DNA of 63,987 nt, the filler included, from Ionaspis alba (taxonomy: Eukaryota), in assembly GCA_964255285.1 (NCBI GenBank). It is 5 parts of 5 records of this genome, joined end to end, with 100 filler letters (N's around TTAATTAATTAA, not from the genome) between each part and the next. Parts side by side here need not be neighbours in the genome. Positions count along the whole stretch, not along the records: positions 39,538 to 52,485 come from CAXUUL010000481.1; positions 52,586 to 63,987 come from CAXUUL010000556.1; 3 more parts are not named here. One strand, written 5' to 3'. Below, piece by piece: positions 47,549 to 60,683 of the stretch. The stretch's first letter is position 1; every line of letters begins with the position of its first letter. The notes under the pieces are model-generated. The model ran no database searches and had not been told where the DNA came from. It saw only the letters and a list, made by a program, of their open reading frames with translations. Position numbers and translations under genes: made by a program.

Positions 47549-49267
47549 TTATTCCATCTCCATACTTCTTTGTACAGCTCGGCGTAGCTGACGGTTGTAG
47601 AGCTTTTTGTCAGCTTCCGAGCCCCAGAACAATTTTGAAGCTTCAGGATTGACCAATGTCCGTGGGTCATAGGGTGGGTGTTCTTCCTCGATCGCTTCTA
47701 TGATGCCTTCAACATGCGACTGCAGGTCATCTGCACGCTTTGTAAAGTAGCAAAGCGTTCCGTCCTTGGCAATTCGGTGGTGGAATAGCGGAGTCTGGAA
47801 CGTAACCCTGGGTTGCTCCTCTGGAAAGTGTGGACTGATGGACATCTTGATGTTGAACATGCCGCCATCAAGCTGTGTCATCGGTCGCCCGAAATATGTC
47901 AACATCAAGACGAAGGGATTGTTTGGCTGGACCAGGTCGATGTTCAAGCTGACCATATCGTTCTTCTTGTACGCCTCAACGAGTTGCTCATATTGCCTGC
48001 GCAAATTCGCTGCAACGGTAGTATCTCTGTGAACGAGAGCCATACCTTCAGCAGCCCAGTGAGCGGTCTCGCGGTCTAGTACTTGGCGAATGAGTTTCAG
48101 TCGGCGTTTCAGCTCCGGGTAGTGGAATTTGCCGTTCATGCCGTTCCCGCCGCCTTCGAAGGGCATTTCTTTGAAGTCTTCGCCAGAGTAGCGATCCTTC
48201 TCAGCTGCTTCTACGGACAGTAAGTACGACTCATAGTACCAGAGAAAACGCCGTTTGCAGAGGTCTCGGAAGGGATCGAAAACAGGATTGGAGTCTTCGA
48301 AGTCTTCGTCAAATTCTTCGGTTCGTTCTGGAAGCTCTATAGGGGGTAGTTCGGCGACAGTCCCATCGGGATAGATTCCAAGGTAGCCTTCTAACCGCTG
48401 GATGATAGATATGCGTAGGGTTTCGTGCCGAATCTATTGCTGCGTCAAGGTCTGATGCTCAGAGACGGCGAGATACGAACCTTTGCAACATAGTTCACTA
48501 TGTTCTTCTTGTCTTCCGCTGCACGCGCATTTTCATAGCCGGGCTCGTTCTCGTACGGATTCGATGACATCAGACTTTGGATAGAAATGAGGATAGACTC
48601 TAGGCCCTGAGCTGAAGACCATTCTTCCCCACGTTCACCTCTCCACGTTCTGTGAAGTATGAGCTCAGGCGATCCGTTCTACGTGGCCCAACATACCCTA
48701 AGATGGATCTTTTTCGTGATATTAGCGCCTTGACTGAGCCAACCACTGGGACTCATACGTACAGACAGACTTTGCCTTGAGCATAAATGTTGGGGTTGAA
48801 CCGACATCGGCCTCCATTCGTTGTTGTAGCAAGAACAGAGGGAGCCTTGTCTGGATAGTCTATCTTGGTTTAGCTCATAGACACAAGCCATGACATCTGC
48901 GAGCAGTACCTCCAGGGAACTTGATAGAGAACTATAACGGTCAGTGAGAGCGCAAAATTTCTCTACAGTTCTCAGGCAAACCTCAAAGAAGCCAAACTCG
49001 TAAGGAGTTTCCGAAGGACCAATGATGAGAGCCTTGACATTGCGTACATCGGAGTCGTGACAGGCCACTGCAATTGCTGGGGAAGTAAGCTTCGTTACCA
49101 ATAAACGGACGTGGGTATGGCATACAAAGGTCTGTATTTCTCTGGATGCCAGCGAGCTCCTACAAGTTCTAATCTTAGCGACTGTGCCTAGAGTCCGTTG
49201 GCACCAACGGCTGTGAAAGTATGTGATAGCTTACCCGCGTGATTCTGAGGATGGCCTTATCCGACAT
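47549..49267 (-). CDS. UBE2Z-like ubiquitin-conjugating enzyme with a second C-terminal UBC fold; exons 49267-49235, 49159-49126, 49076-48982, 48931-48910, 48859-48763, 48708-48697, 48649-48481, 48433-47549
   Basis: Spliced ILRITREL...ALIIGPSETPYEFGFFEF...YP..[23 protein letters not shown]...IRHETLR; second domain FPEEQPRVTFQTPLFHHRIAKDGTLCY...NPEASKLF; all seven introns GT-AG and phase-compatible. Confidence 0.9.
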
Positions 49268-49821
49268 GGTAGCGATTGTCTGGCGTACACAAAATCACAC
49301 CTGGAGGTGGATACTTTTTGGGAAGGACGAGAAGTCGGGGCATGGGAATGATGAGTGAAATTTGAGGGTAGCTGCCGTCTTTATCGTCAGGTAGCACGGA
49401 AAGAGACTCATGTTGAGCTGATACCTGACGCTTCTTTCTGAGCTGGTAGCCGCAGCCCTACAAGGCACCGATTCTAGCGCGGCCGGTTGCTCAAAGTTTA
49501 TCTCTTTTGAATCAGCTCCTACTCCGCCTTGAAGTCCCTTGACAAGCTTTTTGCAATTTTACGATTTCAAGGCTTTCAAGCATTCGAGAAGCTATGTACC
49601 AAAACTAGGAGTGACTCTTGTCTCAGACATCAAATCTAATTACTTCCATGTCTGTGCCATATCCATCACGCACGCAGTGTGGGAAAGCTGGAAGCCACGG
49701 GAGACTACCCCGTCCTAATATCAGCTCCTTTCTAGTGAGGCTGACAGACCGATATCTCTCATAACAGCTGGCTAACTCAATGCCTGTAGTATGATTGAGC
49801 GCCGGAACAATCGACATTTTC

Positions 49822-50941
49822 CTACTCTGTTTGCTGCTGAAATGCTTGAGAAGCTCTTCGTTTCCGCTTCCCTCTTGCTCTTCCCGCACTTGCTTCGATA
49901 GTCGTTGATGCTTTAGCGAGCTGAGATGCATTAGAATTGTTCAAATGCCTGCAGCAGGAGCTCATCCTTCTTACTGAGTCTTGCTGCTCTCCTTGGCTCT
50001 GTCTATGCTTCATGAAAGACAAAGAATCTCTTTCAATTTCCTGACTGTATGTATCCGATTCTTTCTCGTTACCCAGTTTCCTTGCATCCAGGGGTGTAGG
50101 ATAAATCGCACTTGTCGCGTTCCTCTGGCTGTTCCGGAGCAAAGATGCTGTGTTGCTCACTTCCTCAAGCTTTTCCTCGTTCGTGTTTCGTATTCCCTCA
50201 ATTGGATGATCCTCATCCCGGAATGTATTCACACCCGACTGTGATTGAGGTTCTTCGGTACATTCTGGTGCTACTACTAGGTTCTCTTCAGCTATTGCCT
50301 TTTCAAGCTCATCTATCATGCGTTAATGTCTGAGTTGCGAACATATGCATTTCACTGACCCGAAGGCAGATATCGATAAATATATTCGTAGGTTCTCTTG
50401 ACCATCTCATATTGCAATGCAAGATCTTCGGGTACTGGCTTCAGACCTTCCTCTGCATATTGGATCTCGATGATCAGCGCATTGTGAGACTCTTCGGACG
50501 GTTTGTACTGGCGCCTTAGTTGCTTGTTCTTCTGCCCTGGTGGCCTTGGATCAGTAGTTTGATACGATTGCTCAATCGAGGAGGGATCTGATACATACAC
50601 TTGCGGAAAGTCTCGAAGCTAAAGTGTTCGGTGGTCTTCTCTTGTTCATCGAGGGTGTACTCCCAAGAAGTCTCGAAGGCAGTACCATCCATGAGAGGTC
50701 GATCCATCTCACTCAGTATCTTCACACCACCTAAGACCATGGTGACAAGAAGTTTCGTTGCATCATACCAAGGGAAATTCCTGCCGACGATGACCTTGAC
50801 AGCAACCCGAGTCTTCTCGGCGGCTTCGATGTACCTCACTCTCGAATCTCTAAAGTAAGTTGAATTCGGTGTACCGACGAATTCTTCGAGAGTTTCACCA
50901 TTTATCAAGATGTTGGCTTCGAGATCATCGAAGATTGTCAT
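49822..50941 (-). CDS. hypothetical protein, divergent DUF7918-like beta-rich N-domain; probably 3 exons (introns near 50600-50545 and 50358-50314)
   Basis: Three consecutive minus-strand ORFs separated by intron signals; INGETLEEF...RYIEAAE and YIYRY..DELE resemble this fungal family; first donor is ambiguous. Confidence 0.55.
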
Positions 50942-51850
50942 CGTGATTTCGGAAGCTGCAAGAGGAGAGCACACATTCAGCACAAGCTATGGTTTGTTTG
51001 CTTCGCTGTCTGAACAACAGATAGTGAAAGATGATTGAGCGAGTGTTTAAGAAGAACGGAAGAGATGGTTCCGGGGTGTCGTAGCAGTGGGCATATCGCG
51101 TTCGTGTTACAGATGATCAATACAACGTGCCGAGCCTTTACGGGTAGGGCCACCAAACACTTTCAATTATTGAGTACTCAAACCAGACAGCAGGTAGTTT
51201 TGAGGGGAGTAATACACAAATTAGTTGTGATTTACACCTTTGCTCTCATAGCAATCGTACCTCGTACGTGGTAGATGTGTGGAATGTATCGTTGAGATAA
51301 CTCCAAGTAGATTAGTAAGGCCTTTTTTAATCTGCTTCTTCCAGAACGTCATGATCCAAGACCATTCTTCACCACTACATGAGAACAATACCCGAGTAAT
51401 GTTATTGATATTCTTACCACGTGATCGGAAGCATAGAAACTCCGCTCCGGCGTCCTCCAGAGCCTAATGATGGCTGCTCCTGTACCTTGGATATTCGACG
51501 AGCCTAACGCCTCTACTTCTACAAGTTGTCTAACAGTATCCGAGTCTCTTCACTACGCTCTCGCTTTCGCCTCCAGGCTTATTGCTGACGTCTCACTCAC
51601 TCGATTCCTCGAGACGGGGCGCAATCGTTTCTCCTTCCCACGCTGTCGCGCAATCACGATCCGACTTGCTTCCTACCATAGTCGCTGGCCATCCCAATTC
51701 TCCCAGAGTATCTACCACGCCCTCAACAATCGCACCAGAGCTATTTATAAGCTGTGCCGCTATTAGGGATTGGGCAGAAACCCCTGACCGACCTGTCATG
51801 ACGACGACGGGGCAGCGACACCCTCGATACGGCTTGGAATAAACACGGCA

Positions 51851-52485
51851 ATGGGTTCACAATTTGAAGGCAGGGCCTCCTTGGACGCTCGAAGCGCTGG
51901 AAATGATCATGGTGCTCGGAACATACCTGCTCCCCAAGGCGATCTCGAAGGTGGTGTTCAGTCGATGAATATTGGTGGTCTCGGGTACAATAATACCAAT
52001 ACCCAAACGCAACGAATCACGGATTCTGTTCCGCAACACGGAAACGGATCGAACGGGAGCATGCCTTTATCACCCCCAAACGGTCGAGGCGGAAGGGAAA
52101 GGGATACGACGAAAAACACGGCCAGCCAGGAGAAGCCTCGAGTCAATGGTGGCACGGACGACAGAAAGCCCAGCCAGCGAATCTGCAACAAGTGCGGAGA
52201 GGCTTTGACCGGTCAATTTGTGAGGGCGCTGGGAGGCACGTTCCATCTCGAATGTTTCAAATGCCAGGTACATCCGCTTTTAACGGTCATTCGCTGTATT
52301 AATACTAATTCCTGTATAGGACTGTGGACAGGTCGTTGCTTCGAAATTCTTCCCTGTTGACGGCGAGAATGGTGAAGCTCAATATCCACTATGCGAGACC
52401 GATTACTTTCGTCGGCTCGATTTGCTGTGTTCAAATTGCGGAGGTGCTTTGCGAGGCTCCTATGTCACAGCTCTCGACCACAAGT
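51851..52485 (+). CDS. LRG1: LIM-domain Rho GTPase-activating protein (Lrg1-like), 3' partial; intron 52268-52319
   Basis: CNKCGEALTGQFVRALGGTFHLECFKCQ|DCGQVVASKFFP...LCETDYFRRLDLLCSNCGGALRGSYVTALD; cut by the spacer, so the GAP domain is not seen. Confidence 0.85.
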
Positions 52486-52585
52486 NNNNNNNNNNNNNNN
52501 NNNNNNNNNNNNNNNNNNNNNNNNNNNNNTTAATTAATTAANNNNNNNNNNNNNNNNNNNNNNNNNNNNNNNNNNNNNNNNNNNN
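52486..52585. other. artificial contig spacer N44-TTAATTAATTAA-N44
   Basis: Same 100-bp structure; truncates the LRG1-like gene. Confidence 0.97.
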
Positions 52586-52742
52586 CTAGATCATGCAAGC
52601 AGCGCAGTGAATAACGATAGAACACTTAGCGGTATATATAGCATTATGAACAAACCACTCCCACACAATGCACATGCACCACGCTATGCGGCTCCCTCCT
52701 CCAAACCTCCCTCCAAATCATGCTTTCTACCATACTCACGCA

Positions 52743-54905
52743 TCACCCGATCCTAGTCGGCCCATCTTCAACAGCTTCCATATCCTCGCCACTGGCATCA
52801 CTCTCCTCCTCATCCTCCTCCTCATCCAGCGCCTCAGAATCATCAAAGAAGACCCCACTCTGCCTCTTGATCTCTTCCATAACGCTCGATTTGCGATGAT
52901 GGGTGGAGTCGGTGTCACTGATCAGCTTTTCCGTCTCGTTGTAGTCTTCAGCCGAGCTACGCAAGCTCTGGCCATGCAGATGCAAGCTCTCGTCATCGCG
53001 AGCAGCTTTCTCTTCGACGCTGACGCCGGACTTGCCGAGGAGTAAGCCCTGCTCGATCAGTCGCTCGATCTTCATCCTATTCGCGATGAAGAGCAGTTTC
53101 GGGAACGTTGACTGCTGTCCGACTTGCAACATCCTGGCCAGGCGCTGAGGAGTAGGATCACTCAGGATGTATAAGAAGTCGCTGAGGACGGATTTGGGCC
53201 AGATCGTGACGGTTCCGCTGAAGTTCTGAAGCCAGATCTCGCTCCAGTCCTGACCGAGTGGTCTAGGTAGGAGTTCCAAGTGTCTGAGCACTTTCAGCCA
53301 TTTGGTCAGGTCGAGCTTGAGGTATTGTTCTGTGGCTGAGCCGAGGAAACCGCCTCGCCATCCGCGGCCGCGACGGTGGGTGACGGGTCTCCCGACAGTG
53401 CCTCGTGATGAGAAGAAGAACAGGTTGATGTGGGGATTGACCTGGGAGACGATAGAGAAATTGGCGTTGAAATGGAGATTGAGAGCCTTGAGTGGGATGT
53501 CCGTGCGTAGACTCCCATCCTTCCATTTATGCCCAAAGGAATACGGTGCCAAAGTTCCATCGCGCTTTTTCATCATCAAGACGACAGGATTTAGGATTCC
53601 CGGAACAGCAGCGGATGCCAAGACCGCAGACCAGATGACACAGTCGGGTGCTGTAAGATAGTTTGTCAGGATCGTAGGGCTATGAGGATCCGAAGGAACG
53701 CAAGTGACGTTCAGGATACGACCGGTGCGTGCGTAAGCCTCGCGGAAGGTGGTACTGCCACGACAGAACCAGCCGGCTTGTCGAGCCCAGTCCAACGAGT
53801 CGAAGCGGGCACCTGTGCGATACCATCGGCGAGCCCAAACGGAGAAGGAATCTTGACAAGCTCGAATCCGATGTGCAAGAGCTGGAACCAGCAGCTTCTT
53901 AAGCTCATCGTCCTGGCGAGTTGCGACGAGTGCAGCCACGATTGCGCCACCTGAAGTGCCGGTGATCACGTCCGGGAGGAGGGAGGAGTCGAGAAGGGCT
54001 TTGACGACACCAAAGTGGTAGTATGCAAACGAGGCGCCTCCTGACAAGCAGAGAGCTGTGCGACCAAGATTTGTATGGAGATGGCGAGAGAGAGTATACT
54101 TGTCTGCTTGATTGAGCTGATCCGTGTGGATGAGGAAGGCAAGGGAGGCTTGGAGCTCGTCGATGAACTCTTGGATCAGGTTCTTGGTGCCATAGTAAGA
54201 CTCGCTGTAGATACGAGGATTCTCTATACCAGCAAAGTTGTTCTTGACGCATGCCTCGATGAGACCCTTCAATTCTTCAAGAGCCTGATGCTGGGACTGG
54301 TCATCAGTGTGGCCATTGGCGGTACTACCAGCCCGCTCTCGGCGCGACTTGAGCTGCTCTTTGACCCTTTTGATCGTCTTATAGTCGTAGTACGCGTAGT
54401 CATCCGTCTCTTTCCATTCCTCGTTTCCTAAATGTGCATCAAGCTCTTTGGCCGCTTTCATCCAATCCGCATAATTCGTCTTCGATCGTATATTCTGCCG
54501 TAACCGCTCTCTTTCGCCCCTCCAAGTAACAAGGCGTTCGTAGGCCCAGACATAGAGCCTCGTTACCAGGTATGATATTCCCAATGCCAAGATCCATCCA
54601 AACACAACAAGTAGCAATGGCCACTTCAATATCGAGTACACAAAACCCTCTCTTGTCTCGTCTTTGCTTCTTTTGGCCTTCTTCTTACTCCCACGCGTTC
54701 CTTTCCGTCTAACACGTTGATGAATTGGACGCCAGTCGTTGAGAGCAGTAACCGGTGAAGACTCTGGAGCGTTTAAAGCCTTGGCAAACTCGTCAATGTC
54801 CGTTTGATCAACGAACTCTGTATCGAAGTCTGGCAAGAGAGCGGGATTATAGGCATCGTGGGCATAGGGGGAGGGACCGTCGGTAGCCTTTTTCGTGTCG
54901 GCCAT
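52743..54905 (-). CDS. patatin-like phospholipase/triacylglycerol lipase (Tgl3/4/5-related, DUF3336 + patatin), intronless
   Basis: ALCLSGGA oxyanion region, GTSGG nucleophile, SAAVPG, WKDGS catalytic Asp, IVSQVNPH; N-terminal TM; ATG 54905; CCGAGG at 55045-55050. Confidence 0.92.
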   Translation of the reverse strand: MADTKKATDGPSPYAHDAYNPALLPDFDTEFVDQTDIDEFAKALNAPESSPVTALNDWRPIHQRVRRKGTRGSKKKAKRSKDETREGFVYSILKWPLLLVVFGWILALGISYLVTRLYVWAYERLVTWRGERERLRQNIRSKTNYADWMKAAKELDAHLGNEEWKETDDYAYYDYKTIKRVKEQLKSRRERAGSTANGHTDDQSQHQALEELKGLIEACVKNNFAGIENPRIYSESYYGTKNLIQEFIDELQASLAFLIHTDQLNQADKYTLSRHLHTNLGRTALCLSGGASFAYYHFGVVKALLDSSLLPDVITGTSGGAIVAALVATRQDDELKKLLVPALAHRIRACQDSFSVWARRWYRTGARFDSLDWARQAGWFCRGSTTFREAYARTGRILNVTCVPSDPHSPTILTNYLTAPDCVIWSAVLASAAVPGILNPVVLMMKKRDGTLAPYSFGHKWKDGSLRTDIPLKALNLHFNANFSIVSQVNPHINLFFFSSRGTVGRPVTHRRGRGWRGGFLGSATEQYLKLDLTKWLKVLRHLELLPRPLGQDWSEIWLQNFSGTVTIWPKSVLSDFLYILSDPTPQRLARMLQVGQQSTFPKLLFIANRMKIERLIEQGLLLGKSGVSVEEKAARDDESLHLHGQSLRSSAEDYNETEKLISDTDSTHHRKSSVMEEIKRQSGVFFDDSEALDEEEDEEESDASGEDMEAVEDGPTRIG

Positions 54906-57900
54906 GTAGGAGGTACAAGATGAGGTCGTCGAAAAAGCGACGTCACAAGTCACAAACAACCAGGTAGCAGCATACGTCCCCCACGCCAAGGCACTACCCC
55001 ACACAGCTTGCCAGAGAAAGCACTAGCGTTTCAGGGCATCTCGACCGAGGATCCCTAGTCCTGCGAAAGACAGCGCGGGGTGGACAGCGGGGTAGAAGGC
55101 TGTAGAAGGAGAAATAATTTCTCTACTGTTCTATCCGTGCTAAAATTGCGTACGTGAGCTTTTCATTATTGACGTGGCACCTCTATGCCAAGTATGGCAT
55201 ACCACTGAAGGTCTAATGGTCTCCAGGTTATATAGGGGGCTTTGAGAGAAAAAATTGATTGGTACATTATGGCGTTAGGATGGAGAGGATTCATCGTTGA
55301 CACTACTAGCGACATCATTCCTCAATATGGTAGGAATTCTGTTTGCCCATTGGAGATCTTGATTCCTGCGGACTTGAGGCTCTAAGAATCAGATACTCAA
55401 TCCGTAAGGAAAGAAGGAATTCCTTCTTCGAAACAAGCGTTGAGGGTCGAGGCATGTGAAAGTGTATCATCTGATATAGCGTTATCTATCAGATGACGGA
55501 GAGAAAGGAAAATCTAACAAAAAAGCTCATGCACATTGGTGATGTACTCTAGTGTGCAGCACATCCATTGTCGAATCATGTCAAAGTCGCATGAAATCTG
55601 TGGAGTATAGGCGGAAGGAATGTCTGGGGAAGGGAGAACATGGTCATCCACGTTGCAGTTGAGATCTTCCCATGAGAATGATGCCTCGTTGTTAGAGGAT
55701 CGCCAATAGCATTGATAGCGGACGACGGTAGCTGCTCCGGTATGCTCCCCGCCGTCATGGCACAGTAGTGGCACGCCAATGGAGGGGTGCAAAAAGTAAT
55801 GTTCGGCGCGGGAAGCGCAAGGATGATACTTCGGTTGAATAGGATAATTCGATGTGCGAAGGCGAAAGAGAGGCAGAGAAAAGAGATGCAACTATTTGTA
55901 GGTGAAGGATGATCGAGATGTTTGTTGGAAATGAGATCTTCGATACACATGGTCTATCGATATTCTTCGAGGTGATTGGAGACTTCTCTTCTTCCTGTTG
56001 ATCGACCGTTAGCGGAGGAAATTCCTGACGATGGAGTGAGATCTGAGTCAGGGTCCCACGCCAAATGATGGTGGAGGCCCTTTTTCGCCATAGTGGTGGA
56101 GGGACAAGAAGGGCATTGTACTCTATCGCTGTGACTGGACGAACATGCAGAAATCGCCGCTTCAGATTGTACGTCCATGTCGACCTGCACGACAAAGCTG
56201 CTTGATCTTGCGAGTTTCCGCGATCGCATGCATTGAACTGAATATGCTATGCTGAAGGCGACGACAGCATTGCGGTCTACTCCACCTCCAATAATCCACT
56301 CGAGCAGCACTCCTCAGCGGGATCGGAGTCTCCACCCCCACGAAGTCGTCCATTCTCTGGCTAGATAGTCGAGAAGCAAAAGGCGGTAGAATGGACCTAT
56401 CACATTGTCCAATTCTCTGTGTGTTCGGTAATTGGCCGCGACTGGATGTGGCCGAAGACTAGTGTCGGACAAAGTTCATGGGTAGGCGGTATATGGTGCA
56501 TGAGTGGTGAAGGTCTCAACGACACCATCTCTTCGTCGCCACCGTTGGTGGTCCATGGATTGTTTGTCTCCACCAGCGCTCTAAGTAAACGATGGCTGAT
56601 CGGGACGATGTATCCGAATCCTCAAGAGTCCGTGCCAGGCGTTGTCGTAAGACGGATGACAGAGGTCTCAGGCGTGATGGACGGGAAGAACGGTACTCGT
56701 AGGGCCCAAGAGAAGCATGTGCACACAATCAATAATCAGAAACGCCCGCGTGATAAGACTGGCTGGATTCCCCAGATTCCGCCTCGGGCTGTGGACACAG
56801 TAAGCTTCGGAGGTTGGCGGTGAGTTTGTGGGCGGTAGATTGCAACCCTCAGGCGCCCGCTTTGATCGCGGTCGGTCTTCGTTGTCTTGTGAAGGGAATG
56901 GCACATCTAGCGGTATAGCAGGAGCACTGCAAGGATGCAAGTGTAGAAGAATTGATAAGATCGTTGCGCGCGCAATGCTCTCTCCTCACCGGAAGCACAG
57001 TCCCTGCTCTGCCTGAGCCGGTCGCTAAGGTGGATCACGACATGTACTAGAGACTGCGATTAAACAAGCAACTCGACAAGGTACGTTCATTCGTCCAAGT
57101 ACCCTGTGACATGCCCAAGAATCTGCAAAGTGGATGGCTTGCATGCGATTAGCTGGACTGCTAGCCGCATTCATCTCCCAAGTGGCCCCGAAATTGAGAT
57201 TGCCAGGGCTTGGCAGCAGCAAACAAAACACAGTCGAGGCAAAGGAAGGGAAAGTTGTGGTGGGGCACGGAGGTAATTAGAGCCAGGATACTTTCCTTCG
57301 AACCCTGTGCTAGTCGCCGTACAGATACATACATATCAGCGGTCTGTCTCTGAAATGACCCTCCCTGTCACGGGCCTCCACCAGTGTTTAGCAATTAGTA
57401 CTCTGCTCTTGCAGAAGTCATCACTCCATTGTTCTGTTGAACGTTGCACCTGTTCCATCTATCTGGTGCTTCGCGGCTCGCTGTCTTGTTCTAACATTGC
57501 TACTCAATAGTGTTCTTTGCGCCATTCGAGCCTTCTGTTGATTGGAGGCCTGCAGGCTGGCGTCGCTCCTTATCTTCACAGTTTACATACGGACCTGTCG
57601 ATCTCGACATCATCGAAAGAGTCCTCGTAACCGAAGGGCACAACGGAAAACGTGCTCCGCTCTCGTCGAGTCATCGTCTTCACAAGTATAGCTCGTTCCA
57701 TCCACGGTCCTTTCATGCTTCAGAACATCCTCGGATTTCTCGACTCCTCCACTCCCTCACGACCTTTGGCAGCGCTTGCCTCATAGTCCGGTATGTGGAT
57801 GTTTCTTTCTGCTGATTCGATTTCTTGTCTTTATCGTTGACTACTTCCTCGTAAGGCAGACTGTCGGGGCCATGAGTCAACAGCTGCCTGGCAATCTATT

Positions 57901-58068
57901 TTCGGGTGGGATGTGCACAGGCTAACAAGCTACAGCTCCAGAGCCTCACTTCGGTCGAACTTATCATAAAAGACACAATTCTCAGATCTACCGACAGTCA
58001 TGTCGCACTCGAGGCCAACTTCAAATAGGCCCATAAACAGAATTTATTAGGAGCCTCATGCACTGTTC

Positions 58069-60683
58069 ATGATGGCGTCCGAGGATGGAGAAATATTCAT
58101 CAAGGTATACTCGGTCCTTGATTGGAGCAATGTGAATATCGTGCAGGTCTGGAAGCTAACTTTGTTTTCCAGAATCTAGCCCAATTCGTCCGAACCCATG
58201 AGAAGGCCCTTGCTAATGCCTTACAACTTCGACGACAGGCCGCGAGACCCAGTCTTGCTAGTTCTGCCAGCGGAGATGCCTCACCGACCCAGATCAGCGG
58301 CTTCCAAAATCCAACTCTGGCATCATCCACAACTAGTGCTTTGGCTGCAGCCTTTTCCCTTGGTGCCCTCAAGTTCACATCCCAGAGCATCAAACCAGCA
58401 AAGCTCACTCTGACCCCACATCATCTATTCTATCTGCTCTCACGCTTTGAAGAAATTGGCATTGCTGTTGGGCCCATGAATGTACGTTTGGAAAACCTGA
58501 ACGCGGAGACATCGCCTGGCAACTATGTCTCTTTCTTGAGCCAGGCTCAACGCTCCAAAGGTCGCAGTGACCGAGATTCAATTCACTCCGTATCTAGCGT
58601 ACGAAGTGTCATGTCTGGCGTGTCCTCCCTTTGGTCAAATCTTGGTATATCTTCTTCCAGTAGTGCCGCCAAGACCGACAAAGCGAAAGCCCAGTTGCAG
58701 ATAGACCTTAAGTATCTCTATTCTGCATTTACCAAAATTCCCTGCCTCCGTCTATCGCCGGACCGCAAGGCGCGTCTCATCGGCGGCTATGAGGAATTCC
58801 CATTTGATAGTGCCGTGCCTCTACTTGCTTTCAAGAACCTAAGTGCGCTTGAAGTATGCGATATTGACTTCCGGCAATTCTATGGGTGGGACAAACTCGC
58901 AGAACAGCTCCGATCACTAACCCTCAAACGCGCCCATGTCGACGATGCTAATGATCTTCTCGTTGGTATTGTCCTCGATGACATGGACAAAAGAAGGAGG
59001 CGTTCGTACAAGTCCCAGAGTTCTCCCACTCCCATGTGGCCACTGCCAAGTCCGTCTAAGGGCCAGAATGAATTTATCCGAACCCATTCAGCTCCAGGCT
59101 CTCCAGTGGTTGACGAAAGGCTTGGTCAAAGCGCGAGCCCTCGCAACAGCTTATATTTGCGGGGTGAAGCCGATGTCATGGTACCAAGAGCTCGGCCTCA
59201 CTCAAGAACGAAGAGTATATCTCCCACCCGTCCCTCTAGTTCTAGGCAGAATTCCTCGTACCGTCATATCCGAGGTGGCGGGAAAATGAAGCGCTCTGGT
59301 TCGGGAAGCTCCAACTCGAGTGAGCATTCGATGAGTGCTCCTTCGCGGAATCGGAGCTCCTCAAACCTGCCATCTCTCAACATATTGCCAGCATCGAAAT
59401 GGAGATTTCTAAGGCATCTCAGTTTAGCTGATAATTCTCTCACGTATATGACGGCTACAAGCCTGTCACCACTCGCAAATACGTTACACGCCTTAGATCT
59501 CTCTTCGAACCTCTTCTCCGAAGTGCCAGACTGCTTAGCATCTCTCACTGCTCTACGTGCGTTGAATCTGTCAAATTGCATGATCGAGTCATTGCATTCC
59601 TTGGCCAGAAACCCCATTCCTGCCATCACTGCTCTCAACCTTCGTTCCAATCGCTTGGCGTCGCTGGCAGGTATCGAACGGCTACTATCACTAGAGCGGC
59701 TCGATCTTCGGAACAATCAGCTGACGGATTCCACCGAGATTGCTAGACTGACTGGTATACCTGACATCCGCGAGATCTGGGTGCTTGGCAATCCGTTCGT
59801 AAGAACCTACAGTAACTATAGGCTAACGATATTCAACTTGTTCCGAGGTACTCCAGGGTATACTGACGACGTTGTCATTGACAACACCGGTCCTGGCTAC
59901 AGCGAGCGAAGACAACTCAGGGACAGAGTTGCAGAAATACCAGGTGTGCCTGTCGTGAAGCCCCTACCACTTGAAGTGGATCTGCCTCAACCCATAACCT
60001 TTGACTCAACAACACAAAATCCCTTCCATGATCTCGATAGCAGCGCGAATGGCCGTTTCAGACCTGTGCCACATACAACCCAGAGTGAAATAGCTGTGGG
60101 ATCAAATCGGAGGAAGAGAGGACCACGAAGAAGGATAGTTGACCTTGCAGTAGACGAAGGTGCTATGGCTGGCGCCAATCCGACACCCATCTCGACTCCA
60201 CCTCGAAAGCCTCAAGTTGCATTCGCAGAAGTCAGTGGCGCAAGTTTCATCAGCCCAGAAGACTATTCACCTCGGACAAAGCCCAGCCTTCTGGGACACC
60301 TAGAGAGTAGGACCACAGAACCAGCACGTCAAGCTCTAGAACCAGAAACTTTGAGGCGTTCACCTTCCCCGTCTCCGCTATCTCAAGAATCTCCTCTAAC
60401 TCAAGAGCCTATACTATCTCCGAGCAATGAGCCGGATATCGCCGATGAGTTGCAACGCCTGAACCTAAACGGAGAAACCTATCGGCGCAAAGTCGAGGCT
60501 CTAAAGGACGAATTTGGCAGTCGTTGGCTCAGCGTCTTGAGCGAAGAAGGCTGGAACGGTCAAGGACCAGACAAACCAAGCTCTGAAAACAACATCTCTC
60601 ATATGTCTGCTGGCAGGCCAGACATATCCAATCTCCGTATGGCAAGTCAGGGCATTGTCAGCGGCAATCGCACCCTAGGATAA
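58069..60683 (+). CDS. leucine-rich repeat protein (nischarin/STK11IP-related fungal family); exons 58069-58104, 58173-60683
   Basis: LxxLxLxxN repeats (LRHLSLADNSL, LHALDLSSNLF, LRALNLSNCMI, ITALNLRSNRL, LERLDLRNNQL) and LRR cap (GNPF..YR); first exon MMASEDGEIFIK. Confidence 0.87.
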
